IMG/VR virus record: IMGVR_UViG_2609459822_000013
Location: 12,652-76,651 of that record
Length of the DNA: 64,000 nucleotides
DNA from: a virus
Taxonomy: Duplodnaviria > Heunggongvirae > Uroviricota > Caudoviricetes
Reading direction: 5' to 3' (one strand)
A program made the translations under genes and the position numbers. Below the pieces are notes generated by a model, which was not told the origin of the DNA, did no database searches, and was given only the letters and a program-made list of their open reading frames with translations. This document shows, in pieces, positions 50,573-60,684 of this stretch; the first letter of the stretch is position 1, and every line of letters begins with the position of its first letter.

Positions 50573-50992
50573 AATTATCTCCATTTTTACAAATGAACTT
50601 TGTTGATGCGGTGCCTGGTGCCTCCAGGTGACTGCAACCAGTTAACAATTACAGTCGGCTTTCCCACCCAAACCAATAAGGACTAACATGACTTTTAACT
50701 GTGCCGCGTGCGCTTAGCCGCATTCACCGCATCACAAAATTCACTTTAAAAAGGGCGGGCATCAGTCGAACTTCAAGAAAAAACTGATGCCGCCAAGACT
50801 ACACATAGCAGTGTTGTTATCCACAACCGGAGGCGCACTCCCACCATTTAAATTTAACAGACAAGACCGACTCTTTATGGATATCGGAAATGCGCCTTCG
50901 TGTTGTGCCCGGTTTTATTTCACCACCTCCGGGCTTTGGTGGTTTCTGCTATACCCCTACAGCGAGAATATTGAATTAATCCAAATAATGGA

Positions 50993-51145
50993 TTAGCAAG
51001 TATTTCTGGCAAGCCAGCGACGTGCGCCTGTTTCTGTTTTAAATGTTTTGCTTTTGGTATACGTCATAGCAGTGAACGTTCCATCTTGGTTAGGGAACAC
51101 GCCGCACACCATGGATTCGTTATTGCCGAGGTCGATTTTTTGCAT
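50993..51145 (-). CDS. ydaF: YdaF-like small protein
   Basis: Hand-translated 50 aa (MQKIDLGNNESMVCGVFPNQDGTFTAM...), not in track. Confidence 0.5.
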   Translation of the reverse strand: MQKIDLGNNESMVCGVFPNQDGTFTAMTYTKSKTFKTETGARRWLARNTC

Positions 51146-51155
51146 TTTTCGCACC

Positions 51156-51290
51156 TCACATCTTGTTGTTGCGGATAGAGGCTTCTGCTTGCCAGAGATC
51201 CCAGTCGTTGCTACGTAAAGCCTGCACAGCCTGGCTGTAAGTGATACCGCAACAATCCATCAAATACTGAACTACTTCGTAATGCACCAT
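51156..51290 (-). CDS. ydaG: YdaG-like small protein
   Basis: Hand-translated 44 aa (MVHYEVVQYLMDCCGITYSQAVQALRSNDWDLWQAEASIRNNKM), not in track. Confidence 0.5.
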   Translation of the reverse strand: MVHYEVVQYLMDCCGITYSQAVQALRSNDWDLWQAEASIRNNKM

Positions 51291-51459
51291 CTTATCTCTC
51301 CCCTTAACGCCGGGTGGCGGAACTAACTGCTGCACTGCAAAATTTGAATCCCGCCGTCATGTTCATACGCCTCGGGCTGGCTACTTAACCCCTGACCACT
51401 GCCTGGTAACTCGAAGTATTGCCTGGCGTTCTGTGGGGCGGGGTGGGTGGTATGCTGGA

Positions 51460-51488
51460 ACTATAGGTAATGCCTAATTGATTGTCAA
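51460..51488 (-). promoter_or_regulatory. Leftward sigma70 promoter (pL-like) with RacR operator half-sites
   Basis: Minus-strand TTGACA, 17-nt spacer, TATAGT; GCCTAAT/ATTAGGC operator-like motifs in and near the spacer. Confidence 0.45.
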
Positions 51489-51598
51489 TAGGCTATGCCT
51501 AATGTTTTAAGCGTAACCTAATAGGTGATGGCGACTGGAGAAAGTGATGGGGGGGTTAAATAACGGAATCCAGGAGTTTTCCGTCAGACCATATAAGT

Positions 51599-52075
51599 TT
51601 AAGTTCCAGTTTTTGTGATGTTCTGGCTTTTCCGTTCAGATTCTAGAGCTTTCAGATACTTACCCACTTTCATTTCCATCGCTGCTATGTAGGCGCGAAC
51701 ATCGTGGTCAACCCAATCTGGTTCTGTAGCATTTCCAGATAACAGGAAAGCTACAATCGCTCTTATTTCATCAGAGGCTGCTTGATAAAGGTTGTTTATA
51801 TCTAAAAGTTCACTTTTTGTATCTGGATTGGTGGGGGTTGGTATGGGGTATTCGTTAAGCCCCCAATGCTCTGGACCAACAACATCAGCAAAGAAACGCC
51901 ATAATTCTGGAAGTTTATCTTTACTTATGGAGCCTTTCTTAATCCAGTCATAGATTGATGGTGGTTGGACTTTGAAGTGGCGTGCGACCTCCGCCTTTGA
52001 TTTGACGGATCCCGATGCGATTTTTTTGTTAATGGCCTGCTCTATCGCTCGGCCTAAGTCTTTACCACTAAGCAT
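51599..52075 (-). CDS. racR: Prophage repressor RacR
   Basis: 158 aa; N-terminal HTH; divergent from ydaS across an operator-rich intergenic region. Confidence 0.8.
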   Translation of the reverse strand: MLSGKDLGRAIEQAINKKIASGSVKSKAEVARHFKVQPPSIYDWIKKGSISKDKLPELWRFFADVVGPEHWGLNEYPIPTPTNPDTKSELLDINNLYQAASDEIRAIVAFLLSGNATEPDWVDHDVRAYIAAMEMKVGKYLKALESERKSQNITKTGT

Positions 52076-52097
52076 TGCTTAATATTCTCCTATGCTC

Positions 52098-52172
52098 ATT
52101 GCATTAGGCAATCCCTACTCTCATTGTATTAGGCATAGCCTATTGACATTTGTATTAGGCGTCGCCTAATAT
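52098..52172 (+). promoter_or_regulatory. racR-ydaS intergenic operator/promoter region (pR-like)
   Basis: Three ATTAGGC-containing inverted repeats (one perfect: ATTAGGCGTCGCCTAAT); TTGACA, 18 nt, TAATAT promoter overlapping them. Confidence 0.5.
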
Positions 52173-52198
52173 CTCTGTGTGTTTTTGGAGTTCATTCG

Positions 52199-52495
52199 AT
52201 GAAAAAAGAGAACTATTCATTCAAGCAAGCTTGTGCTGTTGTCGGTGGGCAAACAGCAATGGCTAGGCTTTTAGGTGTATCACCTCCAAGCGTAAATCAA
52301 TGGATCAAAGGGGTACGTCAATTGCCTGCCGAGAGATGTCCAGCAATTGAACGTGCAACAAGAGGTGAGGTGCTGTGCGAAGAACTTCGTCCTGATATTG
52401 ACTGGTCATATTTACGACGTTCGGCATGTTGTTCGCAGAATATGTCAGTGAAGCAACTAAATGACAGTAACAAATCCTCATTTGATCATACCTGA
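52199..52495 (+). CDS. ydaS: Cro-like HTH protein YdaS
   Basis: 98 aa; HTH (QTAMARLLGVSPPSVNQWIKG); first gene rightward of the repressor. Confidence 0.7.
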   Translation: MKKENYSFKQACAVVGGQTAMARLLGVSPPSVNQWIKGVRQLPAERCPAIERATRGEVLCEELRPDIDWSYLRRSACCSQNMSVKQLNDSNKSSFDHT

Positions 52496-52517
52496 AACAT
52501 CAAGAGGCAAATGATTC

Positions 52518-52940
52518 ATGAAAATCAAGCATGAGCACATCGAATCGGTGTTGTTTGCCCTGGCAGCCGAAAAAGGGCAGGCATGGGTAGCCAATGCAAT
52601 TACTGAAGAATATCTGCGCCAGGGGGGCGGCGAATTGCCCCTGGTTCCAGGCAAGGACTGGAACAATCAGCAGAATATCTATCACCGTTGGTTGAAAGGT
52701 GAAACGAATGCGCAAAGGGAAAAAATTCAGAAGCTGATCCCAGCAATTCTGGCAATCCTTCCGCGCGAGCTGCGTCACCGACTCTGCATCTTCGATACCC
52801 TGGAACGCCGTGCATTACTGGCGGCGCAGGAAGCGTTAAGTACGGCAATTGATGCGCATGATGATGCAGTCCAAGCCGTTTACCGGAAAGCGCATTTCAG
52901 CGGCGGCGGGTCTTCCGACGATTCTGTCATTGTTCATTAA
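52518..52940 (+). CDS. ydaT: YdaT (toxic cII-position protein)
   Basis: 140-aa ORF downstream of ydaS. Confidence 0.65.
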   Translation: MKIKHEHIESVLFALAAEKGQAWVANAITEEYLRQGGGELPLVPGKDWNNQQNIYHRWLKGETNAQREKIQKLIPAILAILPRELRHRLCIFDTLERRALLAAQEALSTAIDAHDDAVQAVYRKAHFSGGGSSDDSVIVH

Positions 52941-52952
52941 GCAAAAGTTTTC

Positions 52953-53810
52953 ATGCTGTTTGTGCTTATTCTAAGCCACCGGGCAGCATCATACGGGGCA
53001 ATTATGGCCGCATTACCATACATGCAACTGTACATAGCTGATTACCTGGCTGACACCATGCATTTGTCAGCAGAGGAGCATGGTGCGTATTTGTTGCTGA
53101 TGTTCAATTACTGGCAAACAGGAAAGCCAATACCTAAAAACAGGCTGGCAAAAATTGCCCGTCTGACTAACGAGCGATGGGCTGATGTTGAACCATCCTT
53201 GCAGGAGTTTTTTTGCGATAACGGCGAGGAATGGGTGCATCTTCGGATTGCGGAAGATCTGGCATCAGTCAGGGAAAAATTAACCAAAAAATCAGCCGCA
53301 GGAAAAGCATCTGTTCAGGCCAGAAGAAGCAGAAAGGAAGCAGATGTTCAAACAAAACAAGAGAGAAATTTAACAGGTGTTCAAACAGATGTTGAAGTGG
53401 TGTTTGAACATGATGTCAACACAAAGGCAACTAATAAAGATACAGATAAAGATCTAAAAACAGATCCCCCCCTAAATCCCCCCCGGGGGAATCGAGGTGT
53501 CAAAAAGTTTGACCCTCTGGATATTGCTTTGCCGAACTGGATTTCTGTCTCGCTTTGGCGTGAGTGGGTTGAATTTCGCCAGGCATTGCGAAAACCGATT
53601 CGAACGGAGCAGGGCGCTAACGGGGCGATACGGGAGCTGGAAAAATTCCGCCAGCAGGGTTTTTCACCTGAGCAGGTGATTAGACACAGCATCGCCAATG
53701 AATACCAGGGCTTGTTCGCGCCGAAAGGTGTTCGACCTGAGACGTTACTCCGACAGGTTAACACCGTCTCGTTACCGGATAGTGCGATCCCGCCAGGCTT
53801 CAGGGGGTAA
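52953..53810 (+). CDS. ydaU: Replication initiation protein (O-like) YdaU
   Basis: 285 aa; position upstream of the DnaC-like loader. Confidence 0.6.
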   Translation: MLFVLILSHRAASYGAIMAALPYMQLYIADYLADTMHLSAEEHGAYLLLMFNYWQTGKPIPKNRLAKIARLTNERWADVEPSLQEFFCDNGEEWVHLRIAEDLASVREKLTKKSAAGKASVQARRSRKEADVQTKQERNLTGVQTDVEVVFEHDVNTKATNKDTDKDLKTDPPLNPPRGNRGVKKFDPLDIALPNWISVSLWREWVEFRQALRKPIRTEQGANGAIRELEKFRQQGFSPEQVIRHSIANEYQGLFAPKGVRPETLLRQVNTVSLPDSAIPPGFRG

Positions 53811-53816
53811 CTGTCC

Positions 53817-54563
53817 ATGAAAAATATTGCGACAGGCGACGTTCTTGAACGTATCCGCAGACTGGCCCCGTCACATGTAACCGCGCCATTCAAGACGGTA
53901 GCGGAGTGGCGCGAGTGGCAACTTTCCGAAGGCCAGAAACGTTGTGAGGAGATCAACCGTCAGAATCGTCAGTTGCGGGTGGAAAAAATTCTGAATCGCT
54001 CTGGCATCCAGCCATTGCACCGCAAATGCTCGTTTTCGAATTACCAGGTGCAGAACGAAGCGCAGCGATACGCGTTGAGTCAGGCGAAATCCATCGCTGA
54101 TGAACTGATGACCGGGTGTACAAATTTTGCGTTCAGCGGAAAACCTGGTACCGGGAAGAACCACTTAGCGGCAGCTATCGGGAATCGCCTGCTGAAAGAC
54201 GGTCAGACAGTGATTGTGGTTACCGTGGCTGATGTTATGAGTGCCCTGCACGCCAGCTATGACGATGGGCAGTCAGGCGAAAAATTTTTGCGGGAACTGT
54301 GCGAAGTGGATCTGCTGGTTCTTGATGAAATTGGCATTCAGCGCGAGACAAAAAACGAGCAGGTGGTGCTGCACCAGATTGTTGATCGCCGGACAGCGTC
54401 GATGCGCAGCGTGGGGATGCTGACAAACCTGAACTATGAGGCCATGAAAACATTGCTCGGCGAGCGGATTATGGATCGCATGACCATGAACGGCGGACGC
54501 TGGGGGAATTTTAACTGGGAGAGCTGGCGTCCGAATGTCGTCCAGCCAGGAATTGCGAAGTGA
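53817..54563 (+). CDS. ydaV: DnaC-like helicase loader YdaV
   Basis: 248 aa; Walker [14 protein letters not shown] and Walker B LLVLDEIG. Confidence 0.8.
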   Translation: MKNIATGDVLERIRRLAPSHVTAPFKTVAEWREWQLSEGQKRCEEINRQNRQLRVEKILNRSGIQPLHRKCSFSNYQVQNEAQRYALSQAKSIADELMTGCTNFAFSGKPGTGKNHLAAAIGNRLLKDGQTVIVVTVADVMSALHASYDDGQSGEKFLRELCEVDLLVLDEIGIQRETKNEQVVLHQIVDRRTASMRSVGMLTNLNYEAMKTLLGERIMDRMTMNGGRWGNFNWESWRPNVVQPGIAK

Positions 54564-54585
54564 TTTTTACCGGGAGGAAATTTTA

Positions 54586-55347
54586 ATGGAGACTGTTTTT
54601 GACGCACTGAAAGCAATGGGAAAAGCCACGTCGGTAGAACTGGCTGCGCGACTTGATATCAGTCGTGAAGAGGTACTGAACGAGCTGTGGGAGCTGAAAA
54701 AGGCTGGTTTCGTTGATAAAAGCGTATACACCTGGCGTGTGGCTGATAACAACGTTCAGCAGGAACAGCCAGAGCAGGCAGAACCGCCGGAAGAAACCAC
54801 CACGGCAACAGTCGCGAAAATTTCGGAGTGCGATTTAACTGCGACGATTGAACAACGTGGACCACAAACGGCGGATGAGTTGGCTACATGGTTCGGTACC
54901 ACATCACGCAAAGTGGCTTCAACGCTGGCAATGGCAATCAGCAAAGGTCGTCTGATTCGCGTTAATCAGAACGGTAAATTTCGTTACTGCATACCGGGCG
55001 ATAATTTACCAGCAAAGCCGAAAGCTGCATCGGTAACGGAAACTGATTTTAAAGCCTTTCCTCAGCCAGCAGATGTTGCGTTACCAGTACAGGAAGCTGC
55101 AACACAGGAAGATATTAAAACAGAAACTGTGGCGGACATTGTGCAGTCGCTGCCATCGTTTACTGAAACGCGAGCTGATGACCTGATTTTGCCATCGCTG
55201 CATATGGCAAACCGCGAACTGCGTCGGGCGAAAAATCATGTCCAGAAGTGGGAGCGAGTCTGCGCCGCGCTGCGGGAGCTGAACAAGCACCGGGATATTG
55301 TTCGACAGATTGCTGATTCTTCCCGCCGTGTTGTATCGGAAAAGTGA
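54586..55347 (+). CDS. Tandem winged-helix protein (YdaW-position)
   Basis: Internal ATG (METVFDAL) with GGGAGGAA RBS; two MarR-like wHTH segments. Confidence 0.4.
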   Translation: METVFDALKAMGKATSVELAARLDISREEVLNELWELKKAGFVDKSVYTWRVADNNVQQEQPEQAEPPEETTTATVAKISECDLTATIEQRGPQTADELATWFGTTSRKVASTLAMAISKGRLIRVNQNGKFRYCIPGDNLPAKPKAASVTETDFKAFPQPADVALPVQEAATQEDIKTETVADIVQSLPSFTETRADDLILPSLHMANRELRRAKNHVQKWERVCAALRELNKHRDIVRQIADSSRRVVSEK

Positions 55348-55362
55348 TTGCCGGAGGCGCTT

Positions 55363-55794
55363 ATGGCAAAAGTATTTACACAAGAAGAGCGGGAAAAAAT
55401 TAAAGGGCAGGTTGTTGAGCTAGTACGCCGGAGTGGACGCGAGACGTTACGACAACTGGAGGCCAAGACAGGTGCGACAAGATATCTGATGAGCGTTCTC
55501 GCCAGAGAGCTGGTTGCCAGTGGCGATGTATACAACTCTGGTTACGGGTTATTCCCGTCTGAACAGGCTCGTAAGGACTGGCAAAATGCCCGCAAAAAAC
55601 TATCCAGGGCAAAGGTGAAGAAACCATCTGTGGTTGATCCGGACCTTATCTGGTCATTACCAGACGGAGAAATACGCCGCTACGACAGGCGTCTGAACAT
55701 AATCTGTCGCGAGTGCCGGAAGAGTGAAGTTATGCAGCGTGTGCTGGCGTTTTATCAGAATGGTTTTCGAGAGAGGCTTGGAGATCAGGGATGA
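55363..55794 (+). CDS. Winged-helix protein with C-terminal CxxC
   Basis: Internal ATG (MAKVFTQEE); wHTH-like N-terminus, CRECRK motif. Confidence 0.35.
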   Translation: MAKVFTQEEREKIKGQVVELVRRSGRETLRQLEAKTGATRYLMSVLARELVASGDVYNSGYGLFPSEQARKDWQNARKKLSRAKVKKPSVVDPDLIWSLPDGEIRRYDRRLNIICRECRKSEVMQRVLAFYQNGFRERLGDQG

Positions 55795-55987
55795 ATAGAA
55801 CGATGAAGGATGGAAGCTACATATTCTCGGTACTAAGATTTATTTTTCTGACACAAAATGACCATTTGGCGTTACATAATCCCAAAAAAACGTATCAAAA
55901 ATCTCAAAATGCGTTACGATTAGAGAGTATTTTGATTCTGCGTGCTCATTTTTTGATTGCTGTGGCTTTTTGTTGTGGGAGTGTTGA

Positions 55988-57142
55988 ATGGATTATTTAT
56001 CAGAAGTGTTAAAAATCATTGAAGGTGCAACAAAGGCAAATGCTTCGATGGCTAGTAATTATGCTGGGTTGCTGGCAGATAAGCTCGAACAAAAAGGGGA
56101 GGTCAAGCAAGCCAGAATGATAAGAGAAAGGTTGCTTAGAGCTCCCCAGGCGTTGGCAGGAGCTCAAAGGGCTGGAGGTGGGATATCTCTGGGCTCATTA
56201 CCGGTAGATATTGATAGTCGACTCAACACTGTTGATGTCAGTTATCCTAAATTAGACAGTTCAGAGATTTTTCTGCCTGCAGCAATCAGTACCCGTGTTG
56301 AAGAGTTTATCACTAATGTTCAACGTTATGATGAGTTTGTTAAAGCTGATGCAGCATTGCCGAGTCGTATGCTCGTGTATGGAAAGCCAGGAACAGGTAA
56401 GACTATGTTATCTAAGTACATCGCTACCCGCTTAGATTTTCCACTTCTTACAGTGCGTTGCGATACTTTGATTAGTAGTTTATTGGGACAAACCAGCAAA
56501 AATCTTAGACAGGTTTTCGATTATGTAATGCAGAGGCCATCAGTGCTTTTTTTAGACGAATTTGATGCTTTAGCTGGAGCAAGAGGTAATGAGAGAGATA
56601 TAGGTGAGCTTCAGCGAGTTGTCATTTCACTATTGCAGAATATGGATGCGGCATCAGAGGATACGGTAATTATTGCCTCAACTAACCATGAGCAACTTCT
56701 GGATCCTGCAATCTGGAGGCGATTTAGCTTCAGAATTCCAATGCCTCTGCCTGACATACATCAGAGAGAGTTAATTTGGAAAAATCGTTTAAAGAATATG
56801 ATATGTAGCGATCTAGATTTAAGTGATTTATCAAGAAAATCGGAAGGATTATCCGGAGCAATAATTGAACAGGTGAGCTTGGATGCACGTAGGGATGCAG
56901 TTATTGAAGGTGCAAGTGTGATAAATCACCATAAATTGTATAGGCGTTTGTATCTTGCTCAATCGCTTATGGAAGGGGTAAATTTAAGCACTTACGAAGA
57001 TGAAATTCGTTGGTTACGTTCTAAAGATAAAAAATTATTTTCTATCAGAGTTCTTGCTAATTTGTACAAACTTACATCAAGAGTAATTTCAAACATTCTG
57101 AAGGAGTCAGGAGCATATGAGCAGAAGGGGTACACAGTTTAG
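55988..57142 (+). CDS. AAA+ ATPase (IetA-like candidate defense ATPase)
   Basis: 384 aa; Walker A GKPGTGKT, Walker B VLFLDEFDAL, sensor/Arg region ASTNHEQLLDPAIWRRF; AT-rich gene, 26-nt overlap with the protease gene. Confidence 0.75.
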   Translation: MDYLSEVLKIIEGATKANASMASNYAGLLADKLEQKGEVKQARMIRERLLRAPQALAGAQRAGGGISLGSLPVDIDSRLNTVDVSYPKLDSSEIFLPAAISTRVEEFITNVQRYDEFVKADAALPSRMLVYGKPGTGKTMLSKYIATRLDFPLLTVRCDTLISSLLGQTSKNLRQVFDYVMQRPSVLFLDEFDALAGARGNERDIGELQRVVISLLQNMDAASEDTVIIASTNHEQLLDPAIWRRFSFRIPMPLPDIHQRELIWKNRLKNMICSDLDLSDLSRKSEGLSGAIIEQVSLDARRDAVIEGASVINHHKLYRRLYLAQSLMEGVNLSTYEDEIRWLRSKDKKLFSIRVLANLYKLTSRVISNILKESGAYEQKGYTV

Positions 57143-59381
57143 TAACGCAAAAGTTACAAACCCAATGTTAAGAATCCCTTTTTCCAGTAGTGACTTGGGT
57201 GCAATAGTAAACGCTGGCGGTGGGGCAAAGGTATTGGTTGATGTAACAGCCGAATATAGACAAGGGCTAGTAAGAAATTTAACAACCAGTAAACATTATT
57301 TAGAATCCAAACTTTCAGAGTACCCTGGAAGCTTGGGTACTTTGGTTTTCAAATTAAGAGACCAGGGAATAGCCAAAACGCATAGGCCGAACAAAATTGC
57401 TCAAGAGGCTGGATTGCAAAATGCCGGTCATGCCAAAATAGATGAAATGTTGGTTGCTGCTCATGCCGGCTGTTTTGACGTATTAGAGTCAGTCATTTTA
57501 CATCGGAATATTAAAGCGATTTTGGCTAATCTAAGCGCGATTGAGCGCATTGAACCTTGGGATGAGAATAGGAAGGTTCCAGGAGGCACTGATGGTTTGT
57601 TTGAATCATCAAACATCCTTGTACGACTATTTGAGTACACAGGTGAAGATGCAACTTACAACAACTATGAAAACGTTATTTCTATATTAGAACAACACGG
57701 AGTTAAATATGATGAGATTAGACAAAAATGTGGTCTTCCCTTATTAAGGATAATGGATTTATCCCCAAATGATAGATATATATTAGACATTCTCATTGAT
57801 TACCCGGGTATAAGAACGTTAATTCCTGAACCAAAATATTCAGCATTCCCGGTTAGTGTAAGTGATTCTGTTGGCATTGAAACAAATAGCTTTCCCGTAC
57901 CATCAGAAGAATTACCCATTGTTGCTGTATTTGACACTGGGGTAAGCCCCATCGCGGCAACAATTACTCCTTGGGTAGTGAGTAGGGAAACATACGTAAT
58001 TCCTCCTGATACGAGTTATGAACATGGGACTATGGTGTCTTCATTGATATCAGGCGCTCATTTTTTAAATGACAATCATCCATGGATTCCTGATACAAAA
58101 TCTAAAATCCATGATGTTTGTGCCTTAGATGAAAATGGATCTTATATATCAGATTTAATTCTGAGGCTAGCAGATGCTGTAAATAAAAGACCAGATATAA
58201 AAGTCTGGAATTTGTCTTTGGGAGGCGGACCATGTAATGAGCAGACGTTTAGTGATTTTGCGATGGAGTTAGATCGGCTCAGCGATAAATTTGGTATTTT
58301 GTTTGTAGTTGCTGCAGGTAATTATGTAGATGAACCTATACGTACATGGCCAAATCCTGATCCGCTTGGAGGTGCTGATTTAATTTCCTCTCCTGGAGAG
58401 TCAGTCCGAGCACTAACAGTTGGTTCAGTTTCTCATATGGAAGCTAATGATGCTTTAAGTGAAATTGGAACACCGACACCATATACTCGTCGTGGCCCTG
58501 GGCCTGTATTTACTCCAAAGCCAGATATAATCCATGCTGGCGGTGGGGTTCATAGACCTTGGAATGTAGGAGCAAGCAGTTTAAAGGTCGTAGGGCCAGA
58601 TAATAGGCTTTGCTCTAATTTTGGTACTAGTTTTGCTGCTCCAATTGTGGCAAGTTTAGCTGCGCATACATGGCAGAGAATAGCCACTAATACAGACTTT
58701 AATGTTTCACCATCATTGATTAAAGCATTATTAATTCATTCCGCTCAATTATCTTCTCCTGATTACTCGCCAAGTGAAAGACGCTATTTGGGAGCGGGAA
58801 TTCCTAATGAAGTTATTGAGACCTTATATGATAGTGATGATAGGTTTACTCTGATTTTCCAAACATTCTTGGTTCCTGGGGTGAGGTGGAGAAAGGATAA
58901 CTATCCCATACCATCGGCACTTATTCAAAATGGAAAATTTAAAGGTGAGATTGTAATTACTGCTGCATATGCACCACCACTGAACCCTAATGCCGGCAGT
59001 GAATATGTTCGCGCGAACGTAGAGCTAAGTTTTGGCTTAATTGAGAATAATACTATAAAAGGAAAAGTGCCTATGGAAGGAGAAAACGGTCAATCTGGAT
59101 ATGAGAGAGCTCAAATTGAGCATGGTGGAAAGTGGTCACCAGTAAAAATTCATCGCAAGGCATTTAATAAAGGAATTACTTCGGGTAACTGGGCTCTTCA
59201 GGCTAAAACAACGTTGAGAGCGAATGAACCGGCCTTAATGGAGCCTTTACCTGTAACTATTGTAGTAACTTTAAAATCATTAGATGGAAACACACAAGTT
59301 TATGCTGATGGCGTAAGAGCTTTAAATGCTAATAACTGGGCTCACTATCCATTGCCTGCTCGTGTGCCAGTTTCCGTATAA
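57117..59381 (+). CDS. Subtilisin-like serine protease, S8 family, cytoplasmic (IetS-like candidate defense protease)
   Basis: 754 aa; catalytic D (VFDTGVS), H (HGTMVSS), S (GTSFAAP) and oxyanion N (NLSLGG); no signal peptide; ~270-aa N-terminal extension. Confidence 0.75.
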   Translation: MSRRGTQFSNAKVTNPMLRIPFSSSDLGAIVNAGGGAKVLVDVTAEYRQGLVRNLTTSKHYLESKLSEYPGSLGTLVFKLRDQGIAKTHRPNKIAQEAGLQNAGHAKIDEMLVAAHAGCFDVLESVILHRNIKAILANLSAIERIEPWDENRKVPGGTDGLFESSNILVRLFEYTGEDATYNNYENVISILEQHGVKYDEIRQKCGLPLLRIMDLSPNDRYILDILIDYPGIRTLIPEPKYSAFPVSVSDSVGIETNSFPVPSEELPIVAVFDTGVSPIAATITPWVVSRETYVIPPDTSYEHGTMVSSLISGAHFLNDNHPWIPDTKSKIHDVCALDENGSYISDLILRLADAVNKRPDIKVWNLSLGGGPCNEQTFSDFAMELDRLSDKFGILFVVAAGNYVDEPIRTWPNPDPLGGADLISSPGESVRALTVGSVSHMEANDALSEIGTPTPYTRRGPGPVFTPKPDIIHAGGGVHRPWNVGASSLKVVGPDNRLCSNFGTSFAAPIVASLAAHTWQRIATNTDFNVSPSLIKALLIHSAQLSSPDYSPSERRYLGAGIPNEVIETLYDSDDRFTLIFQTFLVPGVRWRKDNYPIPSALIQNGKFKGEIVITAAYAPPLNPNAGSEYVRANVELSFGLIENNTIKGKVPMEGENGQSGYERAQIEHGGKWSPVKIHRKAFNKGITSGNWALQAKTTLRANEPALMEPLPVTIVVTLKSLDGNTQVYADGVRALNANNWAHYPLPARVPVSV

Positions 59382-59395
59382 CAACTATATAAATC

Positions 59396-59420
59396 AAACC
59401 CGCTGTAGCGGGTTTGATTT
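59396..59420 (+). terminator. Rho-independent terminator after the protease gene
   Basis: aaacccgc-tgta-gcgggttt hairpin followed by a T-rich run. Confidence 0.55.
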
Positions 59421-59794
59421 ATTTGTGGGTGTGTTTTATAAAAATACCGCCCATACACAACAAAATACAAAAAGTATTATAGATAAAAAAGGAACGTAAT
59501 GTGCAGATTTGTTGTTTTCCATATTTACTCACCTTAATATGATTAACCCTGATAGGGTTGTTATTTCAGCGGTTTTCAAATGAGATATTATGGTGATCTG
59601 GCAGATTTGCATAACATTAAAATTTAATTTGTTTAACCGCTTTTAATAATAAGCGTTGTTTGTATCCCAGCAATCTGTTTTTTGGTTTTTATTCCATTAA
59701 GGTGGGGCTTTACACTGGAGCCAGTTTATTTATACTTCATACGTCAGCCTGAACAACTGGCATCTGCTGCGCTGCGCCATCGAGAGATTAAGAA

Positions 59795-60394
59795 ATGGCG
59801 CATATACAACTGGTCAAACAAACCTCTTCCGGATTACTTCTCCCGGCGACGCCGGAGAGTTGTGATTTTCTGCATCAAATCAAAATAGGCGAGTGGATAC
59901 ACGCAGACTTTAAGCGTGTGCGTAACTACGCATTCCACAAGCGTTTTTTCAAACTCCTGCAACTGGGATTCGATTACTGGACTCCGGTCGGTGGGGCGAT
60001 CACGCCTCGCGAACGAGAACTGCTGTCTGGTTTCGTTGATTACCTGTGCGAATCAGTTGGTCGGGAACACACGCCAGCCCTGAGTGATGCCGCAGAGCAA
60101 TATCTGAATACAGTTGCGACACGCAGAACCCGGGATACGGCATTGCTAAAGTCGTTTGAGGCTTTTCGCGAGTGGGTAACCATTCAGGCTGGATTTTACA
60201 CCGAACATTTTTATCCGGACGGTAGCCGCGGGCGTCGGGCAAAATCTATCGCTTTTGCGAATATGGACGAAACCGAGTTTCAGCAGGTTTATAAATCTGT
60301 TCTGAATGTGCTGTGGAACTGGATTCTGTTCCGTAAATTTTCCTCTCCGGAACAAGTCGAAAATGTGGCCGCGCAGCTGCTGGAGTTTGCGTAA
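59795..60394 (+). CDS. Conserved lambdoid nin-region protein (DUF1367-like, putative)
   Basis: 199 aa; position immediately upstream of ybcO-like gene. Confidence 0.4.
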   Translation: MAHIQLVKQTSSGLLLPATPESCDFLHQIKIGEWIHADFKRVRNYAFHKRFFKLLQLGFDYWTPVGGAITPRERELLSGFVDYLCESVGREHTPALSDAAEQYLNTVATRRTRDTALLKSFEAFREWVTIQAGFYTEHFYPDGSRGRRAKSIAFANMDETEFQQVYKSVLNVLWNWILFRKFSSPEQVENVAAQLLEFA

Positions 60395-60684
60395 TGGTGG
60401 ATTTACGTAAAGCGGCGCGGGGGCGGATGTGCACCGTCAGAATTCTTGGCTACTGCAATCACGATCCGGAAACGTCTGTGCTGGCGCATTACCGACTGGC
60501 GGGAACGTGCGGAACAGCGACAAAACCACACGATATGCAGGCGGCGATTGCCTGTAGCTCATGCCACGATTTAATCGACGGGCGGGTAAAAACAAGCGAT
60601 TACACCAAAGAAGATTTACGCCTGATGCATGCAGAAGGTGTTTTTCGCACGCAAGAAATCTGGAGAAAGGAAGGTTATTTATGA
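60394..60684 (+). CDS. ybcO: YbcO-like (DUF1364) putative nuclease
   Basis: 96 aa; cysteine/histidine-rich; resembles DLP12 YbcO as I recall it. Confidence 0.6.
   Translation: MVDLRKAARGRMCTVRILGYCNHDPETSVLAHYRLAGTCGTATKPHDMQAAIACSSCHDLIDGRVKTSDYTKEDLRLMHAEGVFRTQEIWRKEGYL

Noticed and set aside
50585-50992. Expected sieB-like gene between kilR and ydaF
   Set aside because: Only a 69-aa ORF of unconvincing composition is present; no sequence I can confidently assign to SieB.
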